A DNA stretch of 63,802 nt, the filler included, from Pelomyxa schiedti (Eukaryota > Protista > Evosea): assembly GCA_020536535.1 (NCBI GenBank). It is 13 parts of 13 records of this genome, joined end to end, with 100 filler letters (N's around TTAATTAATTAA, not from the genome) between each part and the next. Parts side by side here need not be neighbours in the genome. Positions count along the whole stretch, not along the records: positions 38,060 to 44,007 come from JAHLWZ010000717.1; positions 44,108 to 45,729 come from JAHLWZ010002380.1; positions 45,830 to 51,831 come from JAHLWZ010000592.1; 10 more parts are not named here. One strand, written 5' to 3'. Below, in pieces: positions 38,655 to 50,922 of the stretch. A program made the position numbers and the translations under genes. How positions within the stretch are numbered: the stretch's first letter is position 1; each line of letters starts with the position of its first letter. Below the pieces are notes generated by a model, which saw nothing but the letters and a program-made list of their open reading frames with translations, made no database searches and was not told the DNA's origin.

Positions 38655-40537
38655 AGTTGTTTTTAACTGTTTACATACATTTGAGGGTCCTTTGCAAAGG
38701 AAACACTGAATACAGAAAGCTACAGCAATTTACACTGGAGGTTCAAGCCGACAAAACACCAGGGATGAAAAACAGTGGCCACAAGAGATACCAATCCTTC
38801 TAATTCATAATGCCGCGACATGGGCAAATGGAAGGTCCTAAAGGGTGTTGGAATCCAATGTCATTGGAAAGAAGTACATTCCAGCTGTGTGTTGGAATCC
38901 TGCAATACAAACATGCAACAATGTGGAAAGTCCTCTCCCTGTTTTGCGGAGTTCGTGTACTCAACCGGATATTCCCAGCACTGAAGCGCACATTTTTGGC
39001 ACTGGAACATGCATCTTGCAACAGGATTAGTACATAAATGATGGGAATCATGCATACATACAGCAAGTGTTCAGACAAGCGTGTAATGCTAACATGCAAA
39101 TCTAAATGTATCAAGTGCAACTCTATTTATTCATTTTGTTTCCATTTGTTTTATTGCCTTGTATTTGCGTTTTATAAGCAGTTAACCTAGAGGTTGAAGA
39201 ATTACTTTGAGAAAGAAATTTTCAATTTAATAGTCATTGTAAACATCATTTTTAAGTGAGGAATACATCAGGCACATGTTGTGGCGCACCCACAGGTGGC
39301 TGACGCCGGCGGCCCTGTCCTCACCTCATCACCCACGATGCTGAGCAGCAGCGGCGACAGCCTCACGCACAAGCACCTCCGTATGAAACCCCCTTGTGAG
39401 TAGTGGTAACTGGTGATGGTGGCTGCGCCGCTTGCCGCTCCTCCACCAACGCCATTTTGTCTGAATAAATATTAAAAGAGGTAGGTCCCAAGGCAAATCG
39501 TACCCACAAACTCCACCATGTAGCAGCATACAACACCACGATGTCGGCAACAACAAGTAGCACGCTGGTTGGGGGAGCATTCAAACTCTCCCAACATTAA
39601 TGCCATCCAAGATGCTCAGACCAACCTTTCTTCTCCTCCCTCCCCTCCACTCACCCCCCCATCTCCTGCTTGGCACCAACAAACCAAAAACACAAACAAC
39701 TAATTGGAGATAAGTAATCAAAGAGAAAGGAAAGGTTGCACAAGGATAATGCACTGTAACAATACAAAAATTTACCTGGCACTTGTTTGGTGCGAGGTGG
39801 CAGCTGTTTTTTCACAAGGGTCCGGTCAGCCCTGGTGGCGAGGGGCTGGCGTCGTTGTAGGCCTCAGTGGCACAGCTGATGGCGTGGGCGCCGGCGCTGT
39901 TGGGTAAACCTTCACCCCTTCACTCATCTGTTGCTGCTGTTGTTCCCAACACCGCCGCTCGACGCCTACACATACGTGGGTGCCGACACCCACATCGACA
40001 CCTACAGCCTTTTCTGATCGTTTTAAAACGAAAATACGGAGACTGGAAAAATCTGTTGCTGAAGACTGAGGCAAGTACTGTTGTTGTTGCTGCCCCGTTT
40101 TACTTCCCTATTATTGTACTACGCTGTTGTTTGTAACCGTGACTTTCCAGCCAGAACAAACACCCTTCGATTAATCACGCTCCTGTGCTGTTTTTATAGT
40201 CTTGCCCACAAGGGGACACATTTTCCTTTCATGCCCACCACTTCCTGAAGTACTTCAGACAGCCGCCCCTTGGGGCGGCTGTTTTGCACATGGTTTTGAG
40301 AGGACAGCCGCCCAAAAAAAAGGGGCGGCTGTTTTTACAGGCATTTGACAGGCCAAAAAACAGCCGCCCTTTGATCCAGATATGCCCACTGGTGTTGTTG
40401 TTTGTCCAAAGCACACAAAAAGCGTAATTTATTGTTGTTCCTGTTAATACCGACAACGACACGCGATCCAACATGCAGCATTTCAGGGAATGCGGTATGC
40501 TTTGATTGCTTTTGGAGCTGCTGCGTTGGCAAAAAGA

Positions 40538-42206
40538 TTAACTGCTAATACTTGCCCTCAGTGCTGTGAGTATGTCCTTGCCTGTTTTCACCTGCTTCAT
40601 CACCACGATAGAAGTGGGGTGACCCTGTTCAGCAGACAGCCTGAACCACCTGAGTGCCTCCCTCACATCCCTTGTTGTTGTTGCCCCCTCCTTCATCGCA
40701 TAGCAGGCGGCCAGGTTGAACCTGGCTCTGTGGTTACCACGTGTTGCTGAAAGTGTGTACAGTCTGAATGCTTCCCTCATATCAAGGGTAACACCACACC
40801 CACGGAGGTAACACAGTCCCAGGCTGTTTTGTGCAATGTGGCTCCCTGCGTTTGCAGCCTGCCTGAAGTATTTCACAGCCAAGGGGTACTGCTGAGGCAC
40901 CTCCTCACCAGCACCCTCGAAGTACATCAGCCCAAGACATTCCTGAGCGGCAAGGTCACCTTTTTCAGCAGCCAACTTGAAGAATTTCACAGCAAGTGTT
41001 GGGTTGGGCAAGTGAGAAGTTGTTCCTTGTCCAGTCAGAAGGGCCTTGGCGAGTTCCCTCTGTGCCAGTGTGTCACCTTGTGCAGCAGCAAGGCGGAACA
41101 GCCTCAGTGATTCTGTGGGGCCCACTGATGGCTGAAGCCCCAATTTTCGCTGTGACCACGGGTTCCACAGCTAACTTCAGCAACCGTGTTGCTGTTTCTT
41201 CATCTTTCTTCACACCTTTGCCAAATTTGAAGCATAAAGCGAGGTTGGAGTATCCATAGGAATTATCCTGCTCACAGCTCTTTTGTAACCAACGAACAGC
41301 CTCCTCCTCATTCGTTTTCATACCACGTCCTTCCTTGTACATGAGCCCAAGGCTCACTTGTGAGTTGGCTTCTCCTTTCTCAGCAGCAGATAAATAGTAC
41401 TGGAAGGCCTTTGCAAAATCCTTCTCAACACCACCTTGCCATTCGTAGTACCATCCAATAGCAAAAAGGGATGGCCCGAACCCATAAGGCTCACACTCCA
41501 AATCCAGGAGTAATGCCCCACTCCTGTCCTCAGGTGTTCCGATGCCGTGGAACAAACAGTAGCTTCTCAGGTAGGTTCCAGCACACCACATGGCCTTTGC
41601 CTCCTCGTACTTCCGCTTTTCTTCTTGTGTCATTCCGGCAGTGTCCACATCAAGCCTGGGTTTGTTCAAACAAGCTGTATCCAGGACCTCTGTGGCAAAC
41701 AGCCGTGATTCCGTGGAACAATTCTTCACAGCAATTCGCAGCCCATCAGGTGGATAAACGAGGTGTGGCCTGTACTCCTTGAACAGTGATGGCTTCCCAC
41801 GGTACACACTCCTCAGCACCAACAGTGCCAGTGCCCTCCACTTCCCTCCTCCTACTCCTCCTCCACAGGTACATTCACATCGAAATTCACCATCACCTGT
41901 AGACTCATCGACATATGTGTTGATTGGGTCAATTGTCGAGGCCAGGAGGCCATTCAGATCGAACCTCTGGTCATCCCCACTCGCGGGTGGTGAGCTACAA
42001 GACGCACATGGGTGTGGTGGTGAGGCGAGGAGGAGGAGATGCAAGCAGGCGTGGTAGGCACCGTCGTAGTCGCCAAGGCCGAGTGACGTAACCAACCCAA
42101 GTCCTGCTCCAATCCCCCCCTCCTCCCCCTCCTCCTCGTTGTTGTTGTTGGCCCGCGGTTCAGGTTTAAACGAACTCATCAACGACTGTGTCCCTCCACA
42201 GTTCAT
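40538..42206 (-). CDS. SEL1-like repeat protein with an apparent frameshift near 41150 (possible pseudogene)
   Basis: Many SEL1 repeats (SQVSLGLMYKEGRGMKTNEEEAVRWLQKSCEQ; AQNSLGLCYLRGCGVTLDMREAFRLY) split over two overlapping frames. Confidence 0.8.
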
Positions 42207-42251
42207 TTTTCTTGTAATGCTTGGTTACCTAAGTACCTTAAAAAAGGCGTC

Positions 42252-42779
42252 TCAAAGACAGTGTGGCAACCAACAAAGGAGGGGATTTTTTGCACATGAC
42301 CTGAGAAAGGTGAGAATTTGTTTTAACCTTAGCTTGTCACACAGTGAGGGTGATTGTGAGAAGAGCAAGAGGGGTGCCAGTAATGGCATCGTGGATGGAA
42401 ACTCGCTCTGCTGTTGCACTGCTGGTGGAAGCTGCCATTTGCGCAGCATACATTCCTCTGTCGGTGCAAAGAATTCCAGTGTCCACTGGGCGTTCAAATT
42501 GGTGTGAGGGACGGCTCATGTCAGTGACCCTGTATACCTCCACCAGCATGGTGGACTTGTAACTTCCACCATCTGTGTTGGTTTCGAGTGGTGCAGAAAT
42601 GTGTGTAGTGGAAATGGAAGCAAGGTGCTGATACTGTGAGGAATCAAACACATAAAACTCACCAGTCTTTGTGTTGAAGACAGTGCTGTCCCCAAACGTG
42701 TGCAATGTGAGGATGGTGTCTGCTGCAGCCCAAAGCAAGTCAAGGGGTTGTGATGGTGGCAGTATCTGCTTCTTTGTAA
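42252..42779 (-). CDS. Hypothetical protein, 3' fragment
   Basis: Open frame from the gap (TLHTFGDSTVFNTKTGEFYVFD...VSIHDAITGTPLALL), beta-rich; no firm family. Confidence 0.4.
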
Positions 42780-42879
42780 NNNNNNNNNNNNNNNNNNNNN
42801 NNNNNNNNNNNNNNNNNNNNNNNNNNNNNNNNNNNNNNNNNNNNNNNNNNNNNNNNNNNNNNNNNNNNNNNNNNNNNNN

Positions 42880-43881
42880 ACACCGACTGTGCACTCCCTT
42901 AACTAGAGACCAACTGCAGACTGCTGCTGAGGAACTCCGCATGTATGCTTGTATTTCATTCTATTATTGTCTCCTTATGGGCCTCACAACAGCCGAGGTC
43001 TGATTACTGCAAACCAGGAAGGTGAAGACTGGAGGCCAACACGTTTTTTTGACCTTGTCGCTCGCAGAGCAAAAATTGCTCTGGATAGGATTGGAGCACA
43101 AAGAGGTTATTGCTAGCCTTCATCCAAGTTCCCAACCATTGAAAAGAAAAGAGGGAAAAGGAGAACCCGAAAGCATACATCCCACAGAAGTCCCAGAGGC
43201 AACAGGACAGGAATCAGGCCTCAGAACTTCAACCACACAATCGTATTGAGGTCTCTTTGATTCAGCACAATTTTTTAACTGCAACAGCACAAACAACAGA
43301 TGGTCAAACCACTTAGATTACAGAATCACATGCTTTCTGAAGACGGAGGTGCTTATGTTCTCTTATTTTCTCTAGAAGATGGCCAATGTGTCTCCTGGAG
43401 GGTTACAAAGTCTGAGCTGGCAGAGCTTCAAGCACCTCAGGCAAGTGGCACTGCAGAAAGCATTCTAGCCGAAGTGTCTTCTGTGTGAGTCAGTCAGATA
43501 TTCTGAAAACTTATTCCTATGTAGGATAGGGAGATTGCACTTGATGGTACCATCCACCATGAGGAAGCTTCACCTCCCCTTGTGCCTGTGGAAGTTTCAA
43601 CACCATCCTCAATAAAAAGGACCCAAAGAGAAGCTGTGGCTGCCAGCAAGGCATTGCTCCTCACAATACCAACATGTGAGGCAGCAGTTGAGCCACAAAA
43701 AAGAGGGAGGAGACCCAGTGGAGGAAGAAGAAATACAAGTACAGGAGACCAAACACCTAAAGGTAATAACAAGCAACACCACAACAGCAGGACCCCAAAA
43801 CGACCCAGGGTAAGCTTCAACCAAACACATGAGAGAGACCCCAGCCCAGACAGCGAGGGGGCAGTAACTCATGGCTCCTGA
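42880..43881 (+). CDS. Hypothetical multi-exon protein, 3' fragment
   Basis: Short ORFs separated by plausible GT-AG introns; basic low-complexity C-terminus. Confidence 0.35.
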
Positions 43882-45829
43882 CACACAAAGGGAAAAAGAA
43901 ATTTATTTATTTATTTGTTGCCAGCCTGGCTCCAAAAACCCTCGCCGACGGCTCACCATCACCATCCATCCCGGTCCACCGCGATCCATCCCGCTCCATC
44001 CCCCTATNNNNNNNNNNNNNNNNNNNNNNNNNNNNNNNNNNNNNNNNNNNNTTAATTAATTAANNNNNNNNNNNNNNNNNNNNNNNNNNNNNNNNNNNNN
44101 NNNNNNNTACCATCTGGACATTCTCCACATCAGGAAACCGTTAAATCTGAGCTGGAAAAAAAAACGTCCCGTGGGAAGCAAAGTCGTTTTTTTTCACGCC
44201 AACAAAAGCAACAACCCCTGTTGCGGGTAGTCCTCAACCTCACCACCAGTGACATAATTAATAATGTAAGTAAGACCCCGGTCCTCATGTCATTTGGATC
44301 TTGTTTTATTTTTAATACAAAAACCTGTGTAGGAAAGGGGGCTGGGGTGCTATATGTGGCGTTGTGTGCGCGGTGGTGTCGGCGACATGCGGCAGTTACT
44401 TGTTTGCTGTGTCGTTGTACCCGCTGGAAAACGCGGCGTTTGAGCGATGGCCTTGGTCGCTGTTCTACGACGGGAGCGGAAACGGAAACGGCGGGGCTGC
44501 CAAACTGGTGCGACTGCCGCTTGCTGCGGGATCTATTGCGGACTTTGAGACTGAGCTGCCGGAGAGAGCACGGCGATGCGGGGTATTTGTTTTGTGCGCG
44601 GCTGCGTGCTGGACTTGTTCTTTGGCCATGGCCCTCACTGTCCTCTTGAGTGCGTTCTGGAGTTCTTCTGATATTATTTTTTTTTTTGTTGTTACAAAAC
44701 TCTGATGTAATCCAGAGGGGAAACCAAGGACACATGGTTCCACAACTGGAAGAATTCTCCTTTTAGTGACCATTGCATGGTTTGTTATCACTCTCCTTTG
44801 CTCTGGTACACTACTCACTTTTCTCACCTCACCTGAAGAAAACCGCAACTAATCATTCATAGATTATGGGGTGGACCCAGAGCACCACGGCTTATACTGC
44901 TGCATTTCCCTTGTGGTTTTTTTTACCCTCTTTTCTTGTGGCACATCCCTTGTGTGGATGTCAGTCAGCTCTATTTCTTCCATGTTGAAAACTGGTTGCC
45001 GTGCCCTCTCTGCTGTCTTCCTTGCCACACTCTGTGTTGTTGGCGTGTGCATCACTTTCACCGTTCTCTCTTCAAACCACTCGTGGAAGATTGGGATTCA
45101 TGGAAGCACTTTCGCCTCAAGTTGGCCGGTATCCACCAATTATCCCTGAAAATTTTTCACCCACTTTCCCCCCACTCTCAGGGATGCTCGATACCCGTTC
45201 CAAGCATCAGTTGGTTTGATCTTATGCCTTCCAGCTTTATTGTTTGGTTGTTGAAGTCCGGACAGTGCAAACCTTTTTCTCCTTCCCTTTCTGCCCACTT
45301 TGTGAATAATTCGTACATCATTGGTCAATGCCCCACTCCAGGTATTTTTCCGTTTGAAGACTTTCATCACCCCTCAAATTCCTCTTTCCGAAGGTAAAGT
45401 GAACTTCATTGTGTTTCCACCAACAGAGGATGTTCCACCCTCCGCTGTTAATCTTCGAAAATTGGGGTGCATCCAAAAGTATGTTCCATCACACCAACAC
45501 TCGTTTAATCTCACTCTTTATTTTATTTCCTTCAGGTGGGTTCTTGAACACAGTTTTGAAGGATCCCAGGACACCGATTCCAATGGGAGATTCTCTCTTT
45601 CTCTTTCCGGATTCAACTCTTCGCACTTCAATTCTCGGAGGACAATCAGCACAGTGGAAGTGAGCTGTGGTGGTCTGAACAAGCAAGTGTTGGTTCAAGT
45701 CCAACGAGATGAAGAGAGGATCGAAGAAANNNNNNNNNNNNNNNNNNNNNNNNNNNNNNNNNNNNNNNNNNNNTTAATTAATTAANNNNNNNNNNNNNNN
45801 NNNNNNNNNNNNNNNNNNNNNNNNNNNNN

Positions 45830-47200
45830 TGTCATACCTTGTCCAATGGGCACACTGAGCAAACTGATTCTGCAAATGTGATGTCGTGGTTTTCCAGTTT
45901 GATTGAAACTTTCTTCATCACACACGATCTGCTCTTCACTTCTTCTTCTTGTGTGCCTTGGGAGTGTCTTCCAAGTGGTGGTGATGGTGCACTGACGGAT
46001 TTCACCCAAACACCCTGTTGGATGTGCTTCAGAACGTGTTCAAAGCCTGAATTTGAGAATTTCAGTCAGGAGGGAAAAATAACAGAGTGCAGCTTACATT
46101 GTGTTTGCTCATGAAGCTTCTGTTTCAAGGACTGATTCTCAGTTTTCAACCTTGTCAGTTCCTGAATTATAAGATATTATTAACACAAAGTGAACATAAA
46201 TCTCTTTGTGGTAAACACACGCGCGCACCTCCATAATATTCAAGTCACCACATCCCATGCAGTGGCTCCTCATGTTCTCTCGTTCTTGGAAGATGCCGTT
46301 TTTTAAAGTGCCTTCAGCCCTGGGGCCGTCACTGCTCAGGAATTTGGCTGTTCCATCCCCATAACCACTGGCACTGAATGTGCCTGTGAATTGGTCACCG
46401 TTTGGCCACCTCATCGTGCCTGACTTGAGCGCACCCTTCTCCCAAACACCATCAAACGATTTCCCATCACGTGCCCATGTCTTTCTCCCTGTTCCATGCT
46501 CCTTCCCGCGCACCCACTGGCCCTTGTACCTGTCACCGTTTGCCCACAGCCTCACACCCTGACCATGGAACATGTCATCCTCCCACTCCCCAACGTAGCT
46601 CCCATCATTATAAAACAACATAGCCCCTCTGCCACTCTTCTTGCCGTGGTCAAACGTGCCACTGTAAATGTCATCTGTTTTCCGTGACCTCCACATGCCA
46701 CGCCCGTGCCACTCGTTCCTGTCCCACCCGCCATCGTACACAATATCCTTGCCCAGGTGGTCACCCCACCCCCGCATCTCGTGCGCCTCTGCCGCGTCGT
46801 TGTACTCCCAGTAGCCGCAGTAGCTGACCGTGTCGCCCTTTGTGAACCACGCCCCCCGGTCCCAGTTGCCGTCCCTCCACAGCCCGTCGTAGCGCGACCC
46901 GTCGGCCAGCGTGTGCGTGCCCCATCCGTCCCTGCTGCCGTTGCGGTACTCGCCGTTGTAGGTGCTGCCGTCTGGCCACGTGTACACGCCGCGGCCGTGC
47001 CTGTTGTCGTCCCGCCACTCGCCGTCGTACGTGGCGCCGTCGGGCCACGTGCACGTGCCGGCGCCGTCGCGCTTGCCGTCGACGAGGCGCCCTGTGTACG
47101 TGCCGTTGTCGGGCGACGTGTGGTGGTCCGACACCATAGAAACCGCAACGCCTGCACATGCACTCGCGTTACCGTACATCTGGATTGTAGTTTTTACAGT
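45830..47200 (-). CDS. MORN / ubiquitin-like kinase-family paralog, copy A (5' part; kinase cut off by contig end)
   Basis: Intact MORN exon (YDGEWRDDNRHGRG...), then FEHVLKHIQQGVW and CVMKKVSIKLENHDITFAESVCSVCPLDK exons. Confidence 0.8.
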
Positions 47201-47552
47201 CTCCTGGTTCACAAACAAACCGAACACATGCAGAGACTGGAGATCCCTGTTCCAGGGACCAATGGTCCCTTGGTGAGTTATCAGTCTTGTTGTTGCTGTC
47301 CCTTGTGGGTCCATGGCTCGTGACACGCCTTGGGTGTTACTGAACAGTCAGGCAAAAGCAATCACCATTTGCACATTCTGCTCAGATCCTTGCCCTGTGT
47401 ACGTGCCGCGTTGTCGGGCGACGTGTGGTGGTCTGACACAAGAGAAACCGCGACGCCTGCACATGCACCCGCGTTGCTGTACATCGGGGGGTTTGTACAC
47501 TCTTTTACTGTTCAAGGAATGTGGGTGTTACCAACAACGGGTTGTCTGTTTC

Positions 47553-47799
47553 CTACAGGTGAATGGCAGGGACAAGTGCATTGAGCCACTGTGAGATGGA
47601 ATAGTTCACTTGGTCATCTGTAACAGTCCCCCCTACGGTCGTTGCTGTTTGTGATGATGACACAATGGCGGTGCAGCTACACAACATCAGTTTCACAATC
47701 ACTGTGAATGGAAACCTGTCCCCCTCTGTGGTTTGGGCCAGTGAGTGGTCATCACAAGTCAAGAGAAGGAAACACACACCAAGGATTGAAAGGCACGAC
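47553..47799 (-). CDS. C-terminal exons of an upstream kinase-family paralog
   Basis: SCLSIL|EGDRFPFTVIVKLML...QWLNALVPAIHL*; near-identical to 50923-51170. Confidence 0.65.
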
Positions 47800-47899
47800 N
47801 NNNNNNNNNNNNNNNNNNNNNNNNNNNNNNNNNNNNNNNNNNNNNNNNNNNNNNNNNNNNNNNNNNNNNNNNNNNNNNNNNNNNNNNNNNNNNNNNNNN

Positions 47900-48309
47900 C
47901 CGTCCTCGTTCTCAGTTGGTTTGCCCCGTTCGGCGGAATCAACATCACCATCGCCAGTATGTTTTGCGTTGAGTGTAACAGCGAGCCTGGTCGCGCACGC
48001 ACAGATGAACTCCCACACAACCCTCATTGCCTTCACTCTTGCTTTCGATGTGGAAGAACAACAAGAATCAAAGTCCTTGTATTCGAGTATACAACAAACA
48101 ACTGGCTCTGAAAGTGACCGCGCGGGGCCGCAATGAGCACCGCAGCTACATCGCTTATGGGAGGACATCAACGGCGCCAGGAACTGCTCACGTGCTTCGC
48201 AGTAAGCGATACCAAATGACGTCGTTCCTCCTCTCCCCGATCCACAGTGTGTTGTTGTCCCACAACTGTTTCCCGTCACACCGCGACTCGTTGCTTGATG
48301 GGCGTCCAT
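47900..48309 (-). CDS. Hypothetical protein, 5' fragment
   Basis: Open frame MDAHQAT...AREQFLAPLMSSHKRC...VVWEFIC running into the gap; CpG-rich like other gene 5' ends here. Confidence 0.4.
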
Positions 48310-48566
48310 CTTCGTGATTTTGAAATCAACTTCAGGGAATTTGCTGATGCGAAAACAAGCCCCTTCCTGTTGCGCTCCAGAGCCAAACGCCACGGCCGTA
48401 TCCCTCGTGCTTGCTCCAGTTGGCAAACGTGACACAGAACAGTGACGAGTTCACGAGTGACAGATGATTCTCATTTGCCATGTTGAGCACAAGTTTGGCA
48501 CAACCTCGCACCCTCCTCATGCATTTTGACACAATGAGTTGGGGCTTTCCACTCAGGATAAGACTT

Positions 48567-48892
48567 TGTGTGATTCAGTAGAATACACAAGCAAACTCTC
48601 TGCGAGCGTGAGCATGAACACTGAGACTGAGAGACTGACCTGCTGAGTCAGCACTCGGACCTGACATCTTAGGAAATCAAGTTCGCAGAAATCTACCTGA
48701 TTGTTCACCTCGATTTCAAGTCGTTTTCGAGTCCTTATAAGCCCAACACACTCCGACCTTAGAATCACGACCCAAACCTCATAAATCAAAACAAACAACA
48801 AACAGAACAAATAATAGAATCCTTTCTTAATCTCGTTCTTGTTCCCTGCTTCACTGCCACACAACAAACTACACATCCCACAGAAGCACACA
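48567..48892. mobile_element. Second, inverted copy of the TG...CA element; no TSD
   Basis: Reverse complement of 14889-15216 along its full length; flanks ACTT and ACAC differ. Confidence 0.88.
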
Positions 48893-50410
48893 ACACCATT
48901 GAAGAGCAGAGAGTGTTGTTTCGCCACCTTCTTCAGAATCACCGAGGTCTGAGGACTGCTCTGAGAAAGAGATGACCTGCTGATTTTCGTCCATTCCAAA
49001 TTGTTTCTCAACTGCAATCTTCACAACCTGTGTTCGTTGTTTTTATGGGTTGTCAACTTGTTATGAGTGTCATACCTTGTCCAATGGGCACACTGAGCAA
49101 ACTGATTCTGCAAATGTGATGTCGTGGTTTTCCAGTTTGATTGAAACTTTCTTCATCACACACGATCTGCTCTTCACTTCTTCTTCTTCTTGTGTGCCTT
49201 GGGAGTGTCTTCCAAGTGGTGGTGATGGTGCACTGACGGATTTCACCCAAACACCCTGTTGGATGTGCTTCAGAACGTGCATTTGAGAATTTCAGTCAGG
49301 AGGGAAAAATAACAGAGTGCAGCTTACATTGTGTTTGCTCATGAAGCTTCTGTTTCAAGTACTGATTCTCAGTTTTCAACCTTGTCAGTTCCTGAATTAT
49401 AAGATATTATTAACACAAAGTGAACATAAATCTCTTTGTGGTAAACACACGCACACACCTCCATAATATTCAAGTCACCACATCTCCCAAACACCATCAA
49501 ACGATTTCCCATCACGTGCCCATGTCTTTCTCCCTGTTCCATGCTCCTTCCCGTGCACCCACTGGCCCTTGTACCTGTCACCGTTTGCCCACAGCCTCAC
49601 ACCCTGACCATGGAACATGTCATCCTCCCACTCCCCAACGTAGCTCCCATCATAATAAAACAACATAGCCCCTCTGCCACTCTTCTTGCTGTGGTCGAAC
49701 ATTCCACTGTAGATGTCATCTGTTTTCCACAACCTCCACATGCCCCGCCGTGCCACTCGTTCCTGTCCCACCCGCCATCATACACAATATCCTTGCTCAG
49801 GTGGTCACCCCACCCCTGCATCTCGTGCGCCTCTGCCGCGTCGTTGTACTCCCAGTAGCCACAGTAGCTGGCAGTGTCGCCCTTTGTGAACCACGCCCCC
49901 CGGTCCCAGTTGCCGTGCCTCCACAGCCCGTCGTAGCGCGACCTGTCGGCCAGCATGTGCATGCCCCATCCATCCCTGCCGCCATTGCTGTACTCGCCGT
50001 CGTAGGTGCTGCCGTCTGGCCACGTGTACAGGCCTCGGCCGTGCCTGTTGTCGTCCCGCCACTCGCCGTGGTACGTGGTGCCGTCGGGCCACGTGCACGT
50101 GCCGGCACCGTCGCGCTTGCCGTCGACGAGGCGCCCTGTGTACGTGCCGTTGTCGGGTGACGTGTGGTGGTCGACACCATAGAAACCGCAACGCCTGCAC
50201 TCGCGTTACCGTACATCTGGATTGTAGTTTTTACAGTCTCCTGGTTCACAAACAAACGCGATTTCGGTGCACCAAACACATGCAGAGACTGGAGATCCCT
50301 GTTCCAGGCCCAATGGTCCTATTTGTCCCTTGGTGAGTTATCAGTCTTGTTGTTGCTGTCCCTTGTGGGTCCATGGCTCGTGACACGCCTTGAGTGTTAC
50401 TGAACAGTCA
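48893..50410 (-). pseudogene. Decayed duplicate (copy B) of the MORN / ubiquitin-like gene at 45830-47350
   Basis: Colinear with copy A but has frameshifts, an approximately 185-bp deletion (copy A 46255-46439), a lost splice acceptor near 49280 and many CpG transitions; truncated by the element at 48892. Confidence 0.85.
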
Positions 50411-50417
50411 GGCAAAA

Positions 50418-50757
50418 TCAACGAATTTTAAACCCAACTCAGTATCACAAAGTACATGCTGGCTGATATCAACCAGATGTTTGCACAGTGGTGTCTTGCC
50501 ATTTCTTGCTGCTTTCCCAGGGGACGGCATGGACTAAGCCCAGATCTGTTCACTGAAAAAAAAAGAGCTTTGGAACCACTGGCCTGTGTGGAACAGTGTG
50601 CCACCAACACCTTAATTGCCGGAAATGCGACACTTGAAGGGGAAAAAAACCTGCTGCTTAACAGACCATCAGATCTGTGCCCATCGGCTTCCACGAAATT
50701 TGATACCGAGTTGGGTTAAAAATTCCGAGTCGGGTTTTTTTTTCTGAGTTGGGTTTT
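50418..50757. mobile_element. MITE-like insertion with 25-bp inverted repeats
   Basis: gaattttaaacccaactcagtatca (50423-50447) versus tgataccgagttgggttaaaaattc (50701-50725), plus two extra gagtygggtttt motifs; absent from the paralogous position 47355-47392. Confidence 0.55.
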
Positions 50758-50922
50758 AGGCGCCCTGTGTACGTGCCGCGTTGTCGGGCAACGTGTGGTG
50801 GTCTGACACAAGAGAAACCACGACGCCTGCACATGCACCCGCGTTGCTGTACATCGGGGGGATTGTACACTCTTTTACTGTTTGAGGAATGTGGGTGTTA
50901 CCAACAACGGGTTGTCTGTTTC

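Noticed and set aside
38452-43082. 200-bp direct repeats as LTRs flanking the SEL1 gene
   Set aside because: No TG...CA ends or retroelement ORFs; the second copy abuts a scaffold gap, so a partial gene duplication or haplotype artefact is more likely.
45380-45480. Minus-strand 'NILCWWKHNE' resembling a hAT dimerisation domain
   Set aside because: Flanked by stops, lacks the downstream SERxFS motif, and splice signals favour an unidentified plus-strand gene.
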